From a virus: a stretch of DNA of 64,000 nucleotides. The stretch covers positions 88,297-152,296 of the IMG/VR virus record IMGVR_UViG_3300037245_003526; one strand, given 5' to 3'. Positions 1 to 9,374 of this stretch are shown one piece after another. The position numbers were made by a program, and so were the translations under genes. Under the pieces are notes generated by a model. It saw nothing but the letters and a program-made list of their open reading frames with translations, did no database searches and was not told the origin of the DNA. The first letter of the stretch is position 1, and every line of letters begins with the position of its first letter.

Positions 1-576
1 TTTGTTATTCCTACTGAAATATTATGATGTGATAATGTTCCATGTACAATTTTTGCATCAATAAAATCCAAAACTTCTGGATGTGTTACTTCTACACAAG
101 CTAATGCTGCTGCTCTTCTACTTCCTCCTGACTCTATTTGTTTAGCATCAAAATCTGCTGATTCTAAAAATGAAACTAGTCCTGAGGAATGTCCACCTTT
201 TCCTAATATTGGATCATTCTTTGGTCTTAGAGCAGACCAATTGCAACCAACACCTCCTCCCATACTCCATAAAATTAGTGCTTCTTTTTTGAATTGTCCG
301 ATTTCTTCAATTGAATCTCCTATTGGTAAAACATAGCAATTAAATAAAGAACCTTTTGCTCTCCCGCTATTACGCATTATCCTACCACCTGCTATGAAAT
401 CCATATTATAAAGAATCTCGTGAAACTTTTCTGCATATTTTATTTTCATAACTTCAGGTTCGGCAATTGTTTTTGCAACTCTATGTGTACAAGTTTCCCA
501 ATCCTCCCCTTCCATAAAATACCTTGATTCAGCAACCTCTAGTGCATTGTCAGATAATTCTATTTTTTTAACCATT
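1..576 (-). CDS. Ribonucleotide reductase catalytic subunit, N-terminal fragment. The gene continues past the window start.
   Basis: My own minus-strand translation from ATG at 576: MVKKIELSDNALEVAESRYF ... PIGDSIEEI ... GGGVGCNWSALRP ... GKGGHSSGLVSF ... RRAAALA. These are typical class I/II RNR alpha motifs. RBS AAAGGAGAC lies upstream. The ORF is absent from the track because it is open at the window edge. Confidence 0.6.
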
Positions 577-643
577 CATGTCTCCTTTAACATTAAACCT
601 TATATAAATATGTTCCTTGTATATAAAATTTTTTCCATTAATT

Positions 644-1177
644 CTAAATTCTTACATTTTTAAATCTTTTAAAAACTGTCCTATATTTGTTCAATTCCGA
701 ATCAGTTAATCTAAGTGCTCGATACGATTTAACCTTAGATTTAAATAAAAGATATTGACGTTGTTTAAATTTACTTCTTTTTACATTACCAAGAGAAACT
801 AAATGATATAATCCTTTTAATTTATTTCCTTGAAATGTTATAATTATATGGGCAGAAGTAAACTTATCAAGTTTACAAATACCTTCATCAAAAATTATTA
901 ATGTTCCTCCACCATAATCTCCTGGTGGAATATCTCCAGTAAATAAAGCTTCTTGTTCTGTATGATCATGGGTCCTTATCGCTAAAACTTTTTGACCTGG
1001 TTTCATAGGTATTCCTTTAGGAACTGCAAATGATGCCCAGTTTTTTGATCCGGGTAACTGGAATCTCAAATCTTGGTGATATCCTGCTCTATCAGCTTTA
1101 TGATCATGAACTGCAAATCTCACAATATTAGAACTAGATTCATTCAATAATCTAGTTTGATGTAATTTATTTTCCAT
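644..1177 (-). CDS. LigD-type 3'-phosphoesterase (PE) domain protein
   Basis: VHDHKADRAGYHQDLRF ... AVPKG ... DYGGG matches the LigD PE domain pattern (H-x-H ... HYDLRLE ... VPKGP ... DYGG). Confidence 0.5.
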   Translation of the reverse strand: MENKLHQTRLLNESSSNIVRFAVHDHKADRAGYHQDLRFQLPGSKNWASFAVPKGIPMKPGQKVLAIRTHDHTEQEALFTGDIPPGDYGGGTLIIFDEGICKLDKFTSAHIIITFQGNKLKGLYHLVSLGNVKRSKFKQRQYLLFKSKVKSYRALRLTDSELNKYRTVFKRFKNVRI

Positions 1178-1664
1178 TTCCTTCCCTCGCTAATTGAGCT
1201 AGACAAAAAGCGTCGCATATATTATCATCATTAAACTCAATTCCCCACCTACATTTTGCCACTGCCATCATCAACCATTTTTCAGCATGTCCATCAGTTG
1301 TTGTCCATTTTTTTAAAGATGTTGGTGGGATTTCTTTATATTTTATATCTTTTTTGAATAAAAGAGTTTTTATTAAAAATAGTAATCCTATTCGTTCATG
1401 AAGAGTTGTACTAAGTGAAGAATAAGCAAGTCCTTCTATATATACAGATTTTAATCTAGGAACATTAGTAATAAATTTTACCTGTTCATAAACATCTAAA
1501 ATCCATTGTTCATTATTCATATAACATTCTTTATCTGTTTTATATACTAGTTGTTTTATTATACTTCCATTTTCATTAATTAAAACTATACCAGTTCCTT
1601 TTAAAGAAGGATCAATTCCTGCAAATACATATTCATACCTTTCAAACGTAATTTCATTGGTCAT
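1167..1664 (-). CDS. RuvC-like Holliday junction resolvase
   Basis: N-terminal AGIDPSLKGTGIV (RuvC GIDPG motif) and C-terminal acidic DAFCLAQLA. Size is 165 aa. Confidence 0.5.
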   Translation of the reverse strand: MTNEITFERYEYVFAGIDPSLKGTGIVLINENGSIIKQLVYKTDKECYMNNEQWILDVYEQVKFITNVPRLKSVYIEGLAYSSLSTTLHERIGLLFLIKTLLFKKDIKYKEIPPTSLKKWTTTDGHAEKWLMMAVAKCRWGIEFNDDNICDAFCLAQLAREGNGK

Positions 1665-1678
1665 AAAGTTCCTTTCAA

Positions 1679-2395
1679 TTATCCATGTTCTATAGTTACA
1701 TTTGGTAATGCAAGTCTTTCAAGTTTTTCAATTAATTCTCTTTTCTTCTCTTTTCCTTCGTCAAAAATTTCGGAACCTATCGGAATTTCACCAAATGGAG
1801 TTCTCATATTTCCATCCCCATATTTCTTACGAACCCTTCCTAAAGATACCATAATATCTGCCAAACAATACTCACAAAATAAAATTTGAAATTCATTTGG
1901 TATTCCTCGAAGATCCTCTGGTTGAATTCTTTCATATTCAACTATAACATTATTTTCTGTAGGAATTGGTGATATTCTAAGAACATTTGGATGTGTAAAT
2001 TCAAAAGTAGTATCGAATGAAGAAAATGATTTAAGTTGATTTGCCATTTCTGATGCTAATGCCCACTCTCGTATTTCAAAATGAGTCCAAGGACCAAAGA
2101 AAGGATGACCATGCATGTATAATTCATTACCTTTAAAATATAGTTCTACTACATTTAATATTTCAAGATTTTGTGGATCGGTTATATAAAATTCATTTTC
2201 TAGACCAGGAACTTTATTTGCTTCTAATGATAATGTTAAAGGTATTTTTTTAACTTCTGGAACATATTGTGAAAACGATCTTAACGAATAAGTGGTAAAA
2301 TATTCCACTATTTGTTCATCTTCAAACTCTAAATGTTGGAATGGAAAACCAAGGTTATGTTTAATAAAAGAAAGAACCCGAGTTTGGTTTAACAT
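1679..2395 (-). CDS. hypothetical protein
   Basis: 238-aa ORF that continues the minus-strand operon. No motif recognised. Confidence 0.4.
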   Translation of the reverse strand: MLNQTRVLSFIKHNLGFPFQHLEFEDEQIVEYFTTYSLRSFSQYVPEVKKIPLTLSLEANKVPGLENEFYITDPQNLEILNVVELYFKGNELYMHGHPFFGPWTHFEIREWALASEMANQLKSFSSFDTTFEFTHPNVLRISPIPTENNVIVEYERIQPEDLRGIPNEFQILFCEYCLADIMVSLGRVRKKYGDGNMRTPFGEIPIGSEIFDEGKEKKRELIEKLERLALPNVTIEHG

Positions 2396-2398
2396 AAA

Positions 2399-3538
2399 TT
2401 AACCTCCGTTAAAACCTTGATACAACATCCTTAAATCCTCGTCTAAAAAATCCACATTATGACTTTCTAAAACATTATTCATTTTTTCAAATGGGACTAT
2501 ATTATCTTCCTTAAGTGCCCTCATAAATTCTTTTTGTCTTTTCAACATTTCAGTTGTATCAGGATCTTCAAAATATCTACTTATTAATTCAAAAGAAACA
2601 AGTTTCAAATTCTTAGAAATCTGTTTATCTTGTTCCTCTGCTTTTAAAATCCTACTTATATATTTGTTCTTTGCAATTCCAGTTGAATCAAAGATTGGTT
2701 CGTCATTCATTACATTAATATATAGGTTATCCATATCACCTATCATTTTTCTTAACTCTGGAAGAATATTAAGAAATCTTTTTGGTCCTACACCATTTAT
2801 TCCTATAACATCATCCCCAGGATCTCCAATTATTGCAATAGCTAATGGTTGAAGTTGATCGGAGAAATTAGTTCTTGTTTTTAATTGAGAATGCATTCCA
2901 CTTCCTTCGCATACAAGTTTTTTACCGTATTGTGTTTTTGAAAATATATATGAATCTCTGTTTAAATTCTGACATAAATCATGGTCGTTACTATATGTTA
3001 TATGTCCAACATTAGATGATCTATCAACTAAATTTCTGGTTAAAAGAAAATAAGGAACAAAATCTGCCTCAAAATTAAGAAGTCTAAAAACCTTAGTATT
3101 AGGAATCCTATTAAATACATTATTAATTTGAAATAAATTCTTTCTTATTAAATCAAAAAATAAATCTCTATCTATTGCATCAAGTCCATATAGATCATCA
3201 ATACGTCTAGAAATCTTATATCTTTTACTTATGTTTGTATGATAATAACTTTCTCCACTTTCAAAAAACAAAAAGAATTTTATATTAATATTTCTTTTCA
3301 TAGCATATATTTTATGAAATGCTAAAAAAGACATAACAGAAACAAATATTGAAGTGTCAGTCCTACCTATCATTTTTGTATTTTCGATTAGATTTATTAT
3401 AGTATGTTTCATATATAATGATTGTAAAACATTTTTTAAATCTATATAAATATTCAAACTATCATAATTATTTTTTGACAATACTTCATCTAAAATTGAA
3501 TAGGTTGGATAATATGAACATATACTGCTTGGATGCAT
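2399..3538 (-). CDS. 5'-3' exonuclease / flap endonuclease (T4 RNase H-like)
   Basis: H3TH-like motif IIGDPGDDVIGINGVGPKRF resembles the FEN GDxSDNIPGVxGIGxKTA motif. 379 aa. Confidence 0.5.
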   Translation of the reverse strand: MHPSSICSYYPTYSILDEVLSKNNYDSLNIYIDLKNVLQSLYMKHTIINLIENTKMIGRTDTSIFVSVMSFLAFHKIYAMKRNINIKFFLFFESGESYYHTNISKRYKISRRIDDLYGLDAIDRDLFFDLIRKNLFQINNVFNRIPNTKVFRLLNFEADFVPYFLLTRNLVDRSSNVGHITYSNDHDLCQNLNRDSYIFSKTQYGKKLVCEGSGMHSQLKTRTNFSDQLQPLAIAIIGDPGDDVIGINGVGPKRFLNILPELRKMIGDMDNLYINVMNDEPIFDSTGIAKNKYISRILKAEEQDKQISKNLKLVSFELISRYFEDPDTTEMLKRQKEFMRALKEDNIVPFEKMNNVLESHNVDFLDEDLRMLYQGFNGG

Positions 3539-3550
3539 TAATTTTCTCCT

Positions 3551-3841
3551 TTAACCTGGTGAATCACAACATTCATCTGTTTGGCATTCTGGCTCTATTC
3601 TCGCTAATGTACCTCGATTTCCTCTTGGTGCTATAGTAACATCAGAAATTGGCACATTACTATCAGTTCCATTATATTCTTTTTCTAATTTCATAGGATC
3701 AGAAAGAAATTCATCAAGATCCTTTAAAAGAGATTCTTTATCAGAATAACAAAATGTAGCACATCCAACTTTAGCAATAAAACCCTTATTACTAGTGGGT
3801 GTTATTGTTATTATATAATTTATAGCTTTTCCAAATTCCAT
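3551..3841 (-). CDS. hypothetical protein
   Basis: 96-aa ORF within the operon. Confidence 0.35.
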   Translation of the reverse strand: MEFGKAINYIITITPTSNKGFIAKVGCATFCYSDKESLLKDLDEFLSDPMKLEKEYNGTDSNVPISDVTIAPRGNRGTLARIEPECQTDECCDSPG

Positions 3842-3895
3842 TTTTTCTCCTTTATATATGGGTCATCATTATATATATAATGATGACCCATAATT

Positions 3896-4639
3896 TTATT
3901 CTTCTTCGGTTAACTGACTTCTTGAATAGATATTAATATTAATATCAGAGATTGATGTACTACATAAATTACTACAAATTGCTTCACGATAGTTATACAT
4001 CTTGAAAACTATATCCCCTTCATGATCAATTATAAATGGAGTATTTATTAAACTACTTGTAGCTTGAAGTTGTCTTTCAGTAGTTATTTCACCCATAATT
4101 TTTGCAGATTGTTCCATACTCTGAGTCTGCATAGTTAAAGAAGAAAGTTCACCCTCAAATTTAACTTGCATTGAATTAACATTAAATCCCTGAGATATGA
4201 CTCTCATTCTATCTGAAATAACTTTTGAAATATCAGTAGACAATATTAAATCATCCTCATTAATAGGAAATATGCTTGCTAATTCTTCCTCGTCGATAAA
4301 CTTATTATCAATAAATTCAAGATCAGGACCTTCAAATTTTAAAGATGAGTATTGATCTGAAAATGAAAAACTTCCATCATCATTTACTGTAATCTCGACT
4401 TCTTGTTCTGTAAATATTTTCAATAGATCAAGTTTAGTTTTTATACTGATCAATGGAATATTTAAATCTTCAAGAATTGGAGTTAAATCAATTTCAAGAA
4501 CTGTAGCTGAATCATCAGTTTTTTGTCTTAATATTCCTTCTCTAATATCAGCATCGTTACATATATCTCTCAAAATTCCCAAACACCTCAACAACTCTTC
4601 ATACCTTTCACCATCTAAATTTACTTGCTGCATAACCAT
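3896..4639 (-). CDS. acidic hypothetical protein. Possibly a sliding-clamp-like replication accessory protein; tentative.
   Basis: Start moved to the internal ATG at 4639 (MVMQQVNL), which has RBS AGGAAAGGAG 5 nt upstream. The protein is acidic, ~247 aa, and sits inside the replication module. No direct motif match. Confidence 0.3.
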   Translation of the reverse strand: MVMQQVNLDGERYEELLRCLGILRDICNDADIREGILRQKTDDSATVLEIDLTPILEDLNIPLISIKTKLDLLKIFTEQEVEITVNDDGSFSFSDQYSSLKFEGPDLEFIDNKFIDEEELASIFPINEDDLILSTDISKVISDRMRVISQGFNVNSMQVKFEGELSSLTMQTQSMEQSAKIMGEITTERQLQATSSLINTPFIIDHEGDIVFKMYNYREAICSNLCSTSISDININIYSRSQLTEEE

Positions 4640-4812
4640 TTCTCCTTTCCTGTTATCCCTTGTGACCAAAGTCTTTTGGCCATTCTATAAATTGCAACTC
4701 CACCCATTTTTTCAAACTCTTTTTTTCCCACACGTTCTATTATACTTTTAAGAACTTCAGGGTGCTTATTTCTAACCAATTTAAAAATTTGCTTCGCTCT
4801 CTTACCTCTCAT
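4621..4812 (-). CDS. small basic hypothetical protein
   Basis: 63-aa Lys/Arg-rich ORF. Confidence 0.3.
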   Translation of the reverse strand: MRGKRAKQIFKLVRNKHPEVLKSIIERVGKKEFEKMGGVAIYRMAKRLWSQGITGKEKWLCSK

Positions 4813-5203
4813 TTTGATCTCCCCTATTCACTTTTTTAATAATACTTATATATACAAATTTATCATCCTTCATTTCATTAGAAGAAATAAAATCTAATGT
4901 TGTAAAACATTTTTCCATAGATCTAGTTATTTCCATAACTCTATCAGCTATATGTTTTGCACTTGCATCACTATTCAATGGAATAGAAAAAATTATTAAA
5001 ACCGAATCTTCATTTTCATAAATAAAATTAAACATGCATGTATTAACACCAAAAAATTTATATAACTTGTCAGATGCTGCGGACTTACAAAATAAACTAA
5101 AATAGTCTATATTAGTAATTGAACCATCATACTTCATTTCATTTGACTCAACTACATTTTCAAATAACTCTTTAAACTTCTGTAATACTATTTCATTACT
5201 CAT
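4802..5203 (-). CDS. hypothetical protein
   Basis: 133-aa ORF. Confidence 0.4.
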   Translation of the reverse strand: MSNEIVLQKFKELFENVVESNEMKYDGSITNIDYFSLFCKSAASDKLYKFFGVNTCMFNFIYENEDSVLIIFSIPLNSDASAKHIADRVMEITRSMEKCFTTLDFISSNEMKDDKFVYISIIKKVNRGDQNER

Positions 5204-5211
5204 GATTTCTC

Positions 5212-6201
5212 CTAAATTATATGTTTCACTATATTAAGAGGCGTATCGTTAAAATCCTTACCTGACCTGTTATAATACACCGTTAACTTATTTATAATAT
5301 GTTTATTAAAATATTTTAATTTTTCATAAAAATTTAAATCTATTCCATTGTCAGATAAAATATGTATGTCCGGTCTAAATATCTGCTCATGAAATACCAA
5401 ACTCTTTATTAAAGAAGCATATGATGTAGCTGATAAAGCAGCTGCATATAAGCTACATTTTCTTTTTATACCTAATGAATCATATATATGTTCCGTATAT
5501 ATGTCAAAAATTCCCTCAGCTAGTACCACCTCCCTTGAATATTTTTTACCTCCAATTAGTTTATAATAATCTAAAAGTTGTGACGGTTGTAGTTTTAATT
5601 TATAATATCTAAAATTAGACATTCGATCTATATTTCTAAATGTAATACTTGATTGATGTTCTGATACAAAACCAACAAAATTACTATGTAAATAATCTTT
5701 AAATCTTTCAACTTTTTCATCAAGTTGAACATCATTCATTTCAATAAACATATTAATATCATAAACCAAACCTTTAATTGATCCAGTATTAATATTTGAG
5801 AATTTTAATCTTTGCCTTACATATAAATCTTTAGTTGCCCATAATGATTTATTTAACTTTGGTAATAAAATATCTTTTGGTTTAAATACATTTCTTTTAA
5901 ATGTAAGTCTTTTCTTAGATAATTCTTTTATCTTAGCTCGATCAACATACTGTGAAGAAGTATCCTTACCAGAAATCTTTTGAATTAATTTATTTATTAT
6001 ACCGCTCTTAGCAGTACAATCAGTATGAAAACAATGAAATATTGGTGACTCTGTTGAAATCCATAAATGATAATGTTTCTTTTCAACTCCAAATTCACAC
6101 CAAGGACATCTGGTGATTATATTCTTTGGTGTTACTTTAATTGGTTCCCCTAAATTCTCCTTTAAATAATCTAAAAAAGAATCTTGATATATTCCTATCA
6201 T
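5212..6201 (-). CDS. DNA primase (zinc-binding domain plus TOPRIM)
   Basis: CHC2-type zinc finger CPWCEF ... HCFHTDC and TOPRIM-like LAEGIFD. Confidence 0.6.
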   Translation of the reverse strand: MIGIYQDSFLDYLKENLGEPIKVTPKNIITRCPWCEFGVEKKHYHLWISTESPIFHCFHTDCTAKSGIINKLIQKISGKDTSSQYVDRAKIKELSKKRLTFKRNVFKPKDILLPKLNKSLWATKDLYVRQRLKFSNINTGSIKGLVYDINMFIEMNDVQLDEKVERFKDYLHSNFVGFVSEHQSSITFRNIDRMSNFRYYKLKLQPSQLLDYYKLIGGKKYSREVVLAEGIFDIYTEHIYDSLGIKRKCSLYAAALSATSYASLIKSLVFHEQIFRPDIHILSDNGIDLNFYEKLKYFNKHIINKLTVYYNRSGKDFNDTPLNIVKHII

Positions 6202-6563
6202 TAATGTCCACTCCTATCTATATCTTTAAATTTATATTGTTCTTCTTTTGCCCTAGTGCTTATTTCTCTTTGTACTATAAGACCTCTATCTAAAATATAA
6301 TCATTTGTTGTAAAAAAATGTCCACATGAATAACACCTTTGATATCTCATATTACAGTGATCTTTTCCATCTTCACTTTGTAATATATCTCCACCACAAT
6401 CAGGACAACAATAATACTTATTTATAAAACTCTTAAGTTCTAATCCATTTCTAACTTTATCACACAACATTGTACAACATGGTAAAACTATACAACCTTT
6501 ACATGTAAAAATAGGAGTATATAATTTTACTTCTTTAAATATTTTTTTTAAAAAATCAATCAT
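6201..6563 (-). CDS. Cys-rich double zinc-ribbon protein, member of a paralogous family
   Basis: Motif CKGCIVLPCCTMLCDKV, then CPDCGG ... CYSCGH. Confidence 0.5.
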   Translation of the reverse strand: MIDFLKKIFKEVKLYTPIFTCKGCIVLPCCTMLCDKVRNGLELKSFINKYYCCPDCGGDILQSEDGKDHCNMRYQRCYSCGHFFTTNDYILDRGLIVQREISTRAKEEQYKFKDIDRSGH

Positions 6564-7171
6564 TAAAACCTTTTCCTGTAAGTTATTATAAATCCTCCAG
6601 CTTTAGCAGGATTAATAAAAATATCTGATGTTACATTTTTAGTTTTTTTAGTAACCCATGACTGTGTTTTATAAAAACGATAAGCTTGATAACATGTAAT
6701 TGCTAATACAGAACCCGCAAAATAATCTGCTGTTTTTCTATCAAAATGATGTTCAATACCTTGAATATCCCCTGAATATCCATCATCACTTCTTTCTCTA
6801 TTTAAACTATGTATGAACCAATAATCAATAGAATACCTTAAAGGTATTATTATGTTTATTAACATCATACCTCTTACAAAATCATCATTATTATTTATCT
6901 TATCTGTTTGAAGAATAACTTCTGATGATATAAGTTGTGATAAAAGTCCTGCTGATAAAATAAAACCTACATCACTTTTATTATTTGATTCGAATTCTAT
7001 TGTACCTGAATTCCATTTAGTATTATTATCTGTAGCTCTAGCAGCTATTACATGACCCGATTCGTGTAATATATAAGAAGATAATGATCCTCCCCAAAGT
7101 TTTATAACTCCAGCATATGAATAACTACTGAATGTAAATATAAATAAAACTATGTAAAATAACTTTTTCAT
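6563..7171 (-). CDS. membrane protein with an HExxH zinc-metalloprotease motif
   Basis: N-terminal signal peptide or TM segment, then ILHESGHVIAA, with 3-4 hydrophobic segments. Confidence 0.4.
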   Translation of the reverse strand: MKKLFYIVLFIFTFSSYSYAGVIKLWGGSLSSYILHESGHVIAARATDNNTKWNSGTIEFESNNKSDVGFILSAGLLSQLISSEVILQTDKINNNDDFVRGMMLINIIIPLRYSIDYWFIHSLNRERSDDGYSGDIQGIEHHFDRKTADYFAGSVLAITCYQAYRFYKTQSWVTKKTKNVTSDIFINPAKAGGFIITYRKRF

Positions 7172-7419
7172 ATTAAATCCATCCTCTCGTACCTATCATA
7201 ATCAAATTGTTCCTCAAAATGATGTTTACAAATTTCACATTCAAATTGATATCCATTATTTACTATAATCTTGCTTATAGCTTTTAAATGGCCATTACAA
7301 TCAGGACATAATTGAGAAATCATACTGTTTTTAATTTCGTCTTTATCATATGTTATCTTATCACATAGTTCTGAACAACATGCTAGAACTATACAATCTC
7401 TACATGGGTATTCAGACAT
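7168..7419 (-). CDS. Cys-rich double zinc-ribbon protein (family member)
   Basis: CRDCIVLACCSELCDKI ... CPDCNG ... CEICKH. Confidence 0.5.
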   Translation of the reverse strand: MSEYPCRDCIVLACCSELCDKITYDKDEIKNSMISQLCPDCNGHLKAISKIIVNNGYQFECEICKHHFEEQFDYDRYERMDLI

Positions 7420-7421
7420 AA

Positions 7422-7952
7422 TTAGACCTCAAATATTCTAAAACATAAATTACTGTTTCTTAATAAAAATTCTGAAGATTTATCATAAAATTCAAATTTA
7501 GTTACTACTATTTCTTTTACTCCAGCATTTATTATTTCAACCATACATGGTGTACATGGTATTCCACAATCCATATACATAGTTGTGTTTCTTGTACATA
7601 CACCAGTACGAGCAGCATTAATAAGACAATTTCTTTCAGCATGTCCAGCTACACACCACTCAAGACCTTCACCACTTTTAAATTTCATAAGTTGTCTGGG
7701 ACATTTTTCAAGATATCTTTCTGCCTCATAATTACATAAACCTGATCGTTTTATTAATTCCTTACAAAATTCATGATCTATTTGAGCTCTTGTATTACAA
7801 TGTGGGATACCTCGTGGAGGTCCATTATATCCTGTGGCAACTATAGAATTATCAATAACCAAAATAGCACCAATTTGTCTTGACATACATTTAGTATTCT
7901 TTCCAACTTCTTTACATATACCTAAAAAATACTTATCCCATCTAGTACTCAT
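7422..7952 (-). CDS. dCMP deaminase
   Basis: WDKYFL ... GAILV ... GYNG ... HAE ... PCTPC zinc-binding motifs of the cytidine/dCMP deaminase fold. Confidence 0.7.
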   Translation of the reverse strand: MSTRWDKYFLGICKEVGKNTKCMSRQIGAILVIDNSIVATGYNGPPRGIPHCNTRAQIDHEFCKELIKRSGLCNYEAERYLEKCPRQLMKFKSGEGLEWCVAGHAERNCLINAARTGVCTRNTTMYMDCGIPCTPCMVEIINAGVKEIVVTKFEFYDKSSEFLLRNSNLCFRIFEV

Positions 7953-7967
7953 TTTTTATTCTCCTTT

Positions 7968-8204
7968 TTAATAATATCTTCCGCCATAAGAATTGAATCT
8001 ATGATTACATCCTTCGCACATAAAAATTGAACCATAACTTGTAGTATCAATATACATTCTCCATTTAGTTCCTCCGCAATCAGGACATATACTTTTATCA
8101 ATTGATTTTTTAATTGCTTCAGTTTTCTTTTTAGATACTTTACCACAAAAGGTTGTACAGCATGGTAAAACTACACAACCATCACATGGATAAGAACCTG
8201 CCAT
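7968..8204 (-). CDS. Cys-rich double zinc-ribbon protein (family member)
   Basis: Start set at the internal ATG (MAGSYPCDGCVVLPCCTTFCGKV), which lies 1 nt after the upstream TAA. CPDCGG ... CEGCNH. Confidence 0.5.
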   Translation of the reverse strand: MAGSYPCDGCVVLPCCTTFCGKVSKKKTEAIKKSIDKSICPDCGGTKWRMYIDTTSYGSIFMCEGCNHRFNSYGGRYY

Positions 8205-8205
8205 T

Positions 8206-8607
8206 TTAAGCCACCATATTTTTAGTAGAAATTGAATGATGATTTGATACTGGAAGATGAACCTGATAATTAGTAACACATGTACTATCATTTACACTAC
8301 AACTATAATTACTTGGCATACCTTCAAATTCAAGTGGTATATCTCTATAATAAGCATTATTGAACTTCTTAAAATCATGATTACATATTTTACAAGACCA
8401 ATTTTCATTTTTAAGTAATATCTTTTTTAAAATTTTTTTATTTCTATTTTTACCCCTAATATTACTACCACAATCTGGACATTCTCTTCTTTTTAAAGCT
8501 CTTTTTATATCAATAGATCTCATATTAGATACTTCATCACACATCTCTGTACAACGTGGTAAAACTATACATCCTTTACATGGGTGTGAATGGTTTACCT
8601 TTTTCAT
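8206..8607 (-). CDS. Cys-rich double zinc-ribbon protein (family member, extended C-terminus)
   Basis: PCKGCIVLPRCTEMCDEV ... CPDCGS ... CKICNH. Confidence 0.5.
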   Translation of the reverse strand: MKKVNHSHPCKGCIVLPRCTEMCDEVSNMRSIDIKRALKRRECPDCGSNIRGKNRNKKILKKILLKNENWSCKICNHDFKKFNNAYYRDIPLEFEGMPSNYSCSVNDSTCVTNYQVHLPVSNHHSISTKNMVA

Positions 8608-8840
8608 GTTCTATATCTCCTTTTACACTTATAACATCTATATTCATTACGACCTTCAATAGGTCTATGTGCAAGTGTCATATCTCTTACTTCCCATTTA
8701 TAAAGTTTATCTTTACAAAATGGACATTTTTCAGTATCAATTATTTGTCTTTTAATATCATTACATATTTTTGTACAACATGCTGATACTATACAATTAT
8801 TACATGTTAATTTATTTGTCATCATAAATCTCGTTTGCAC
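8604..8840 (-). CDS. Cys-rich double zinc-ribbon protein (family member)
   Basis: CNNCIVSACCTKICNDI ... CPFCKD ... CYKCKR. The start could instead be the internal ATG at 8825. Confidence 0.45.
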   Translation of the reverse strand: MQTRFMMTNKLTCNNCIVSACCTKICNDIKRQIIDTEKCPFCKDKLYKWEVRDMTLAHRPIEGRNEYRCYKCKRRYRT

Positions 8841-9039
8841 AATTTGGGCACCTTAAAACATTATATTTAGTTGTTCCTTCACTATTAAACATTACTAAAT
8901 AACGCATAAAATAATTTTCTCCATCACAGAAAGGACATATTGGCGATCCAATTGTGCTTCGTATTCTTTTTCTAAGTTCTTCACATACTTTAGTACAACA
9001 CATTTCTACTATACAACCTTTACATATTTCTGAGTTCAT
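8812..9039 (-). CDS. Cys-rich double zinc-ribbon protein (family member)
   Basis: CKGCIVEMCCTKVCEEL ... CPFCDG ... CPNCAN. Confidence 0.5.
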   Translation of the reverse strand: MNSEICKGCIVEMCCTKVCEELRKRIRSTIGSPICPFCDGENYFMRYLVMFNSEGTTKYNVLRCPNCANEIYDDK

Positions 9040-9374
9040 TATTTATTCAATGGTAATTTAACTACTTGTTTAGAATATCTAATTTTTTCATCATGATTAG
9101 TAGCTCTACTCCATTCACTAAATGGACCAGACTTACAACATGAGTTTTCTTCATTAGGCCACTTAATCGGACAATATTTACTACAATCTTTTAATGAACC
9201 ATATGTATCTACTACCCAATCACATAAAGGACATTGATTAGTACACATTATAATATCACCAAAATTAATATTCCATCTATGCCATTCAGCTTTTTCTTTA
9301 TCAGGATTTTCAGATAACCATTCCCATAATTCTCTAAACAATTTTATACGTTGAGTCTTACTAATTTTTTTCAT
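9039..9374 (-). CDS. Cys-rich hypothetical protein (distinct pattern)
   Basis: CPLCDW ... CSKYCPIKW ... CCK. It lies immediately downstream of the clamp loader gene. Confidence 0.4.
   Translation of the reverse strand: MKKISKTQRIKLFRELWEWLSENPDKEKAEWHRWNINFGDIIMCTNQCPLCDWVVDTYGSLKDCSKYCPIKWPNEENSCCKSGPFSEWSRATNHDEKIRYSKQVVKLPLNK

Noticed and set aside
2664-3636. Plus-strand ORFs 2664-2852 and 3418-3636, and similar short opposite-strand ORFs (8556-8786, 11230-11460, 13528-13821, 14854-15255, 17968-18252, 36237-36584, 40286-40550 and others)
   Set aside because: They are antisense overlaps of longer, well-supported genes in AT-rich DNA. They have no RBS and a low-complexity, Ile/Phe/Leu-rich composition.
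7949-8146. 65-aa ORF overlapping the Cys-rich gene at 7968-8204
   Set aside because: It is out of frame with the conserved zinc-ribbon protein and has no independent support.
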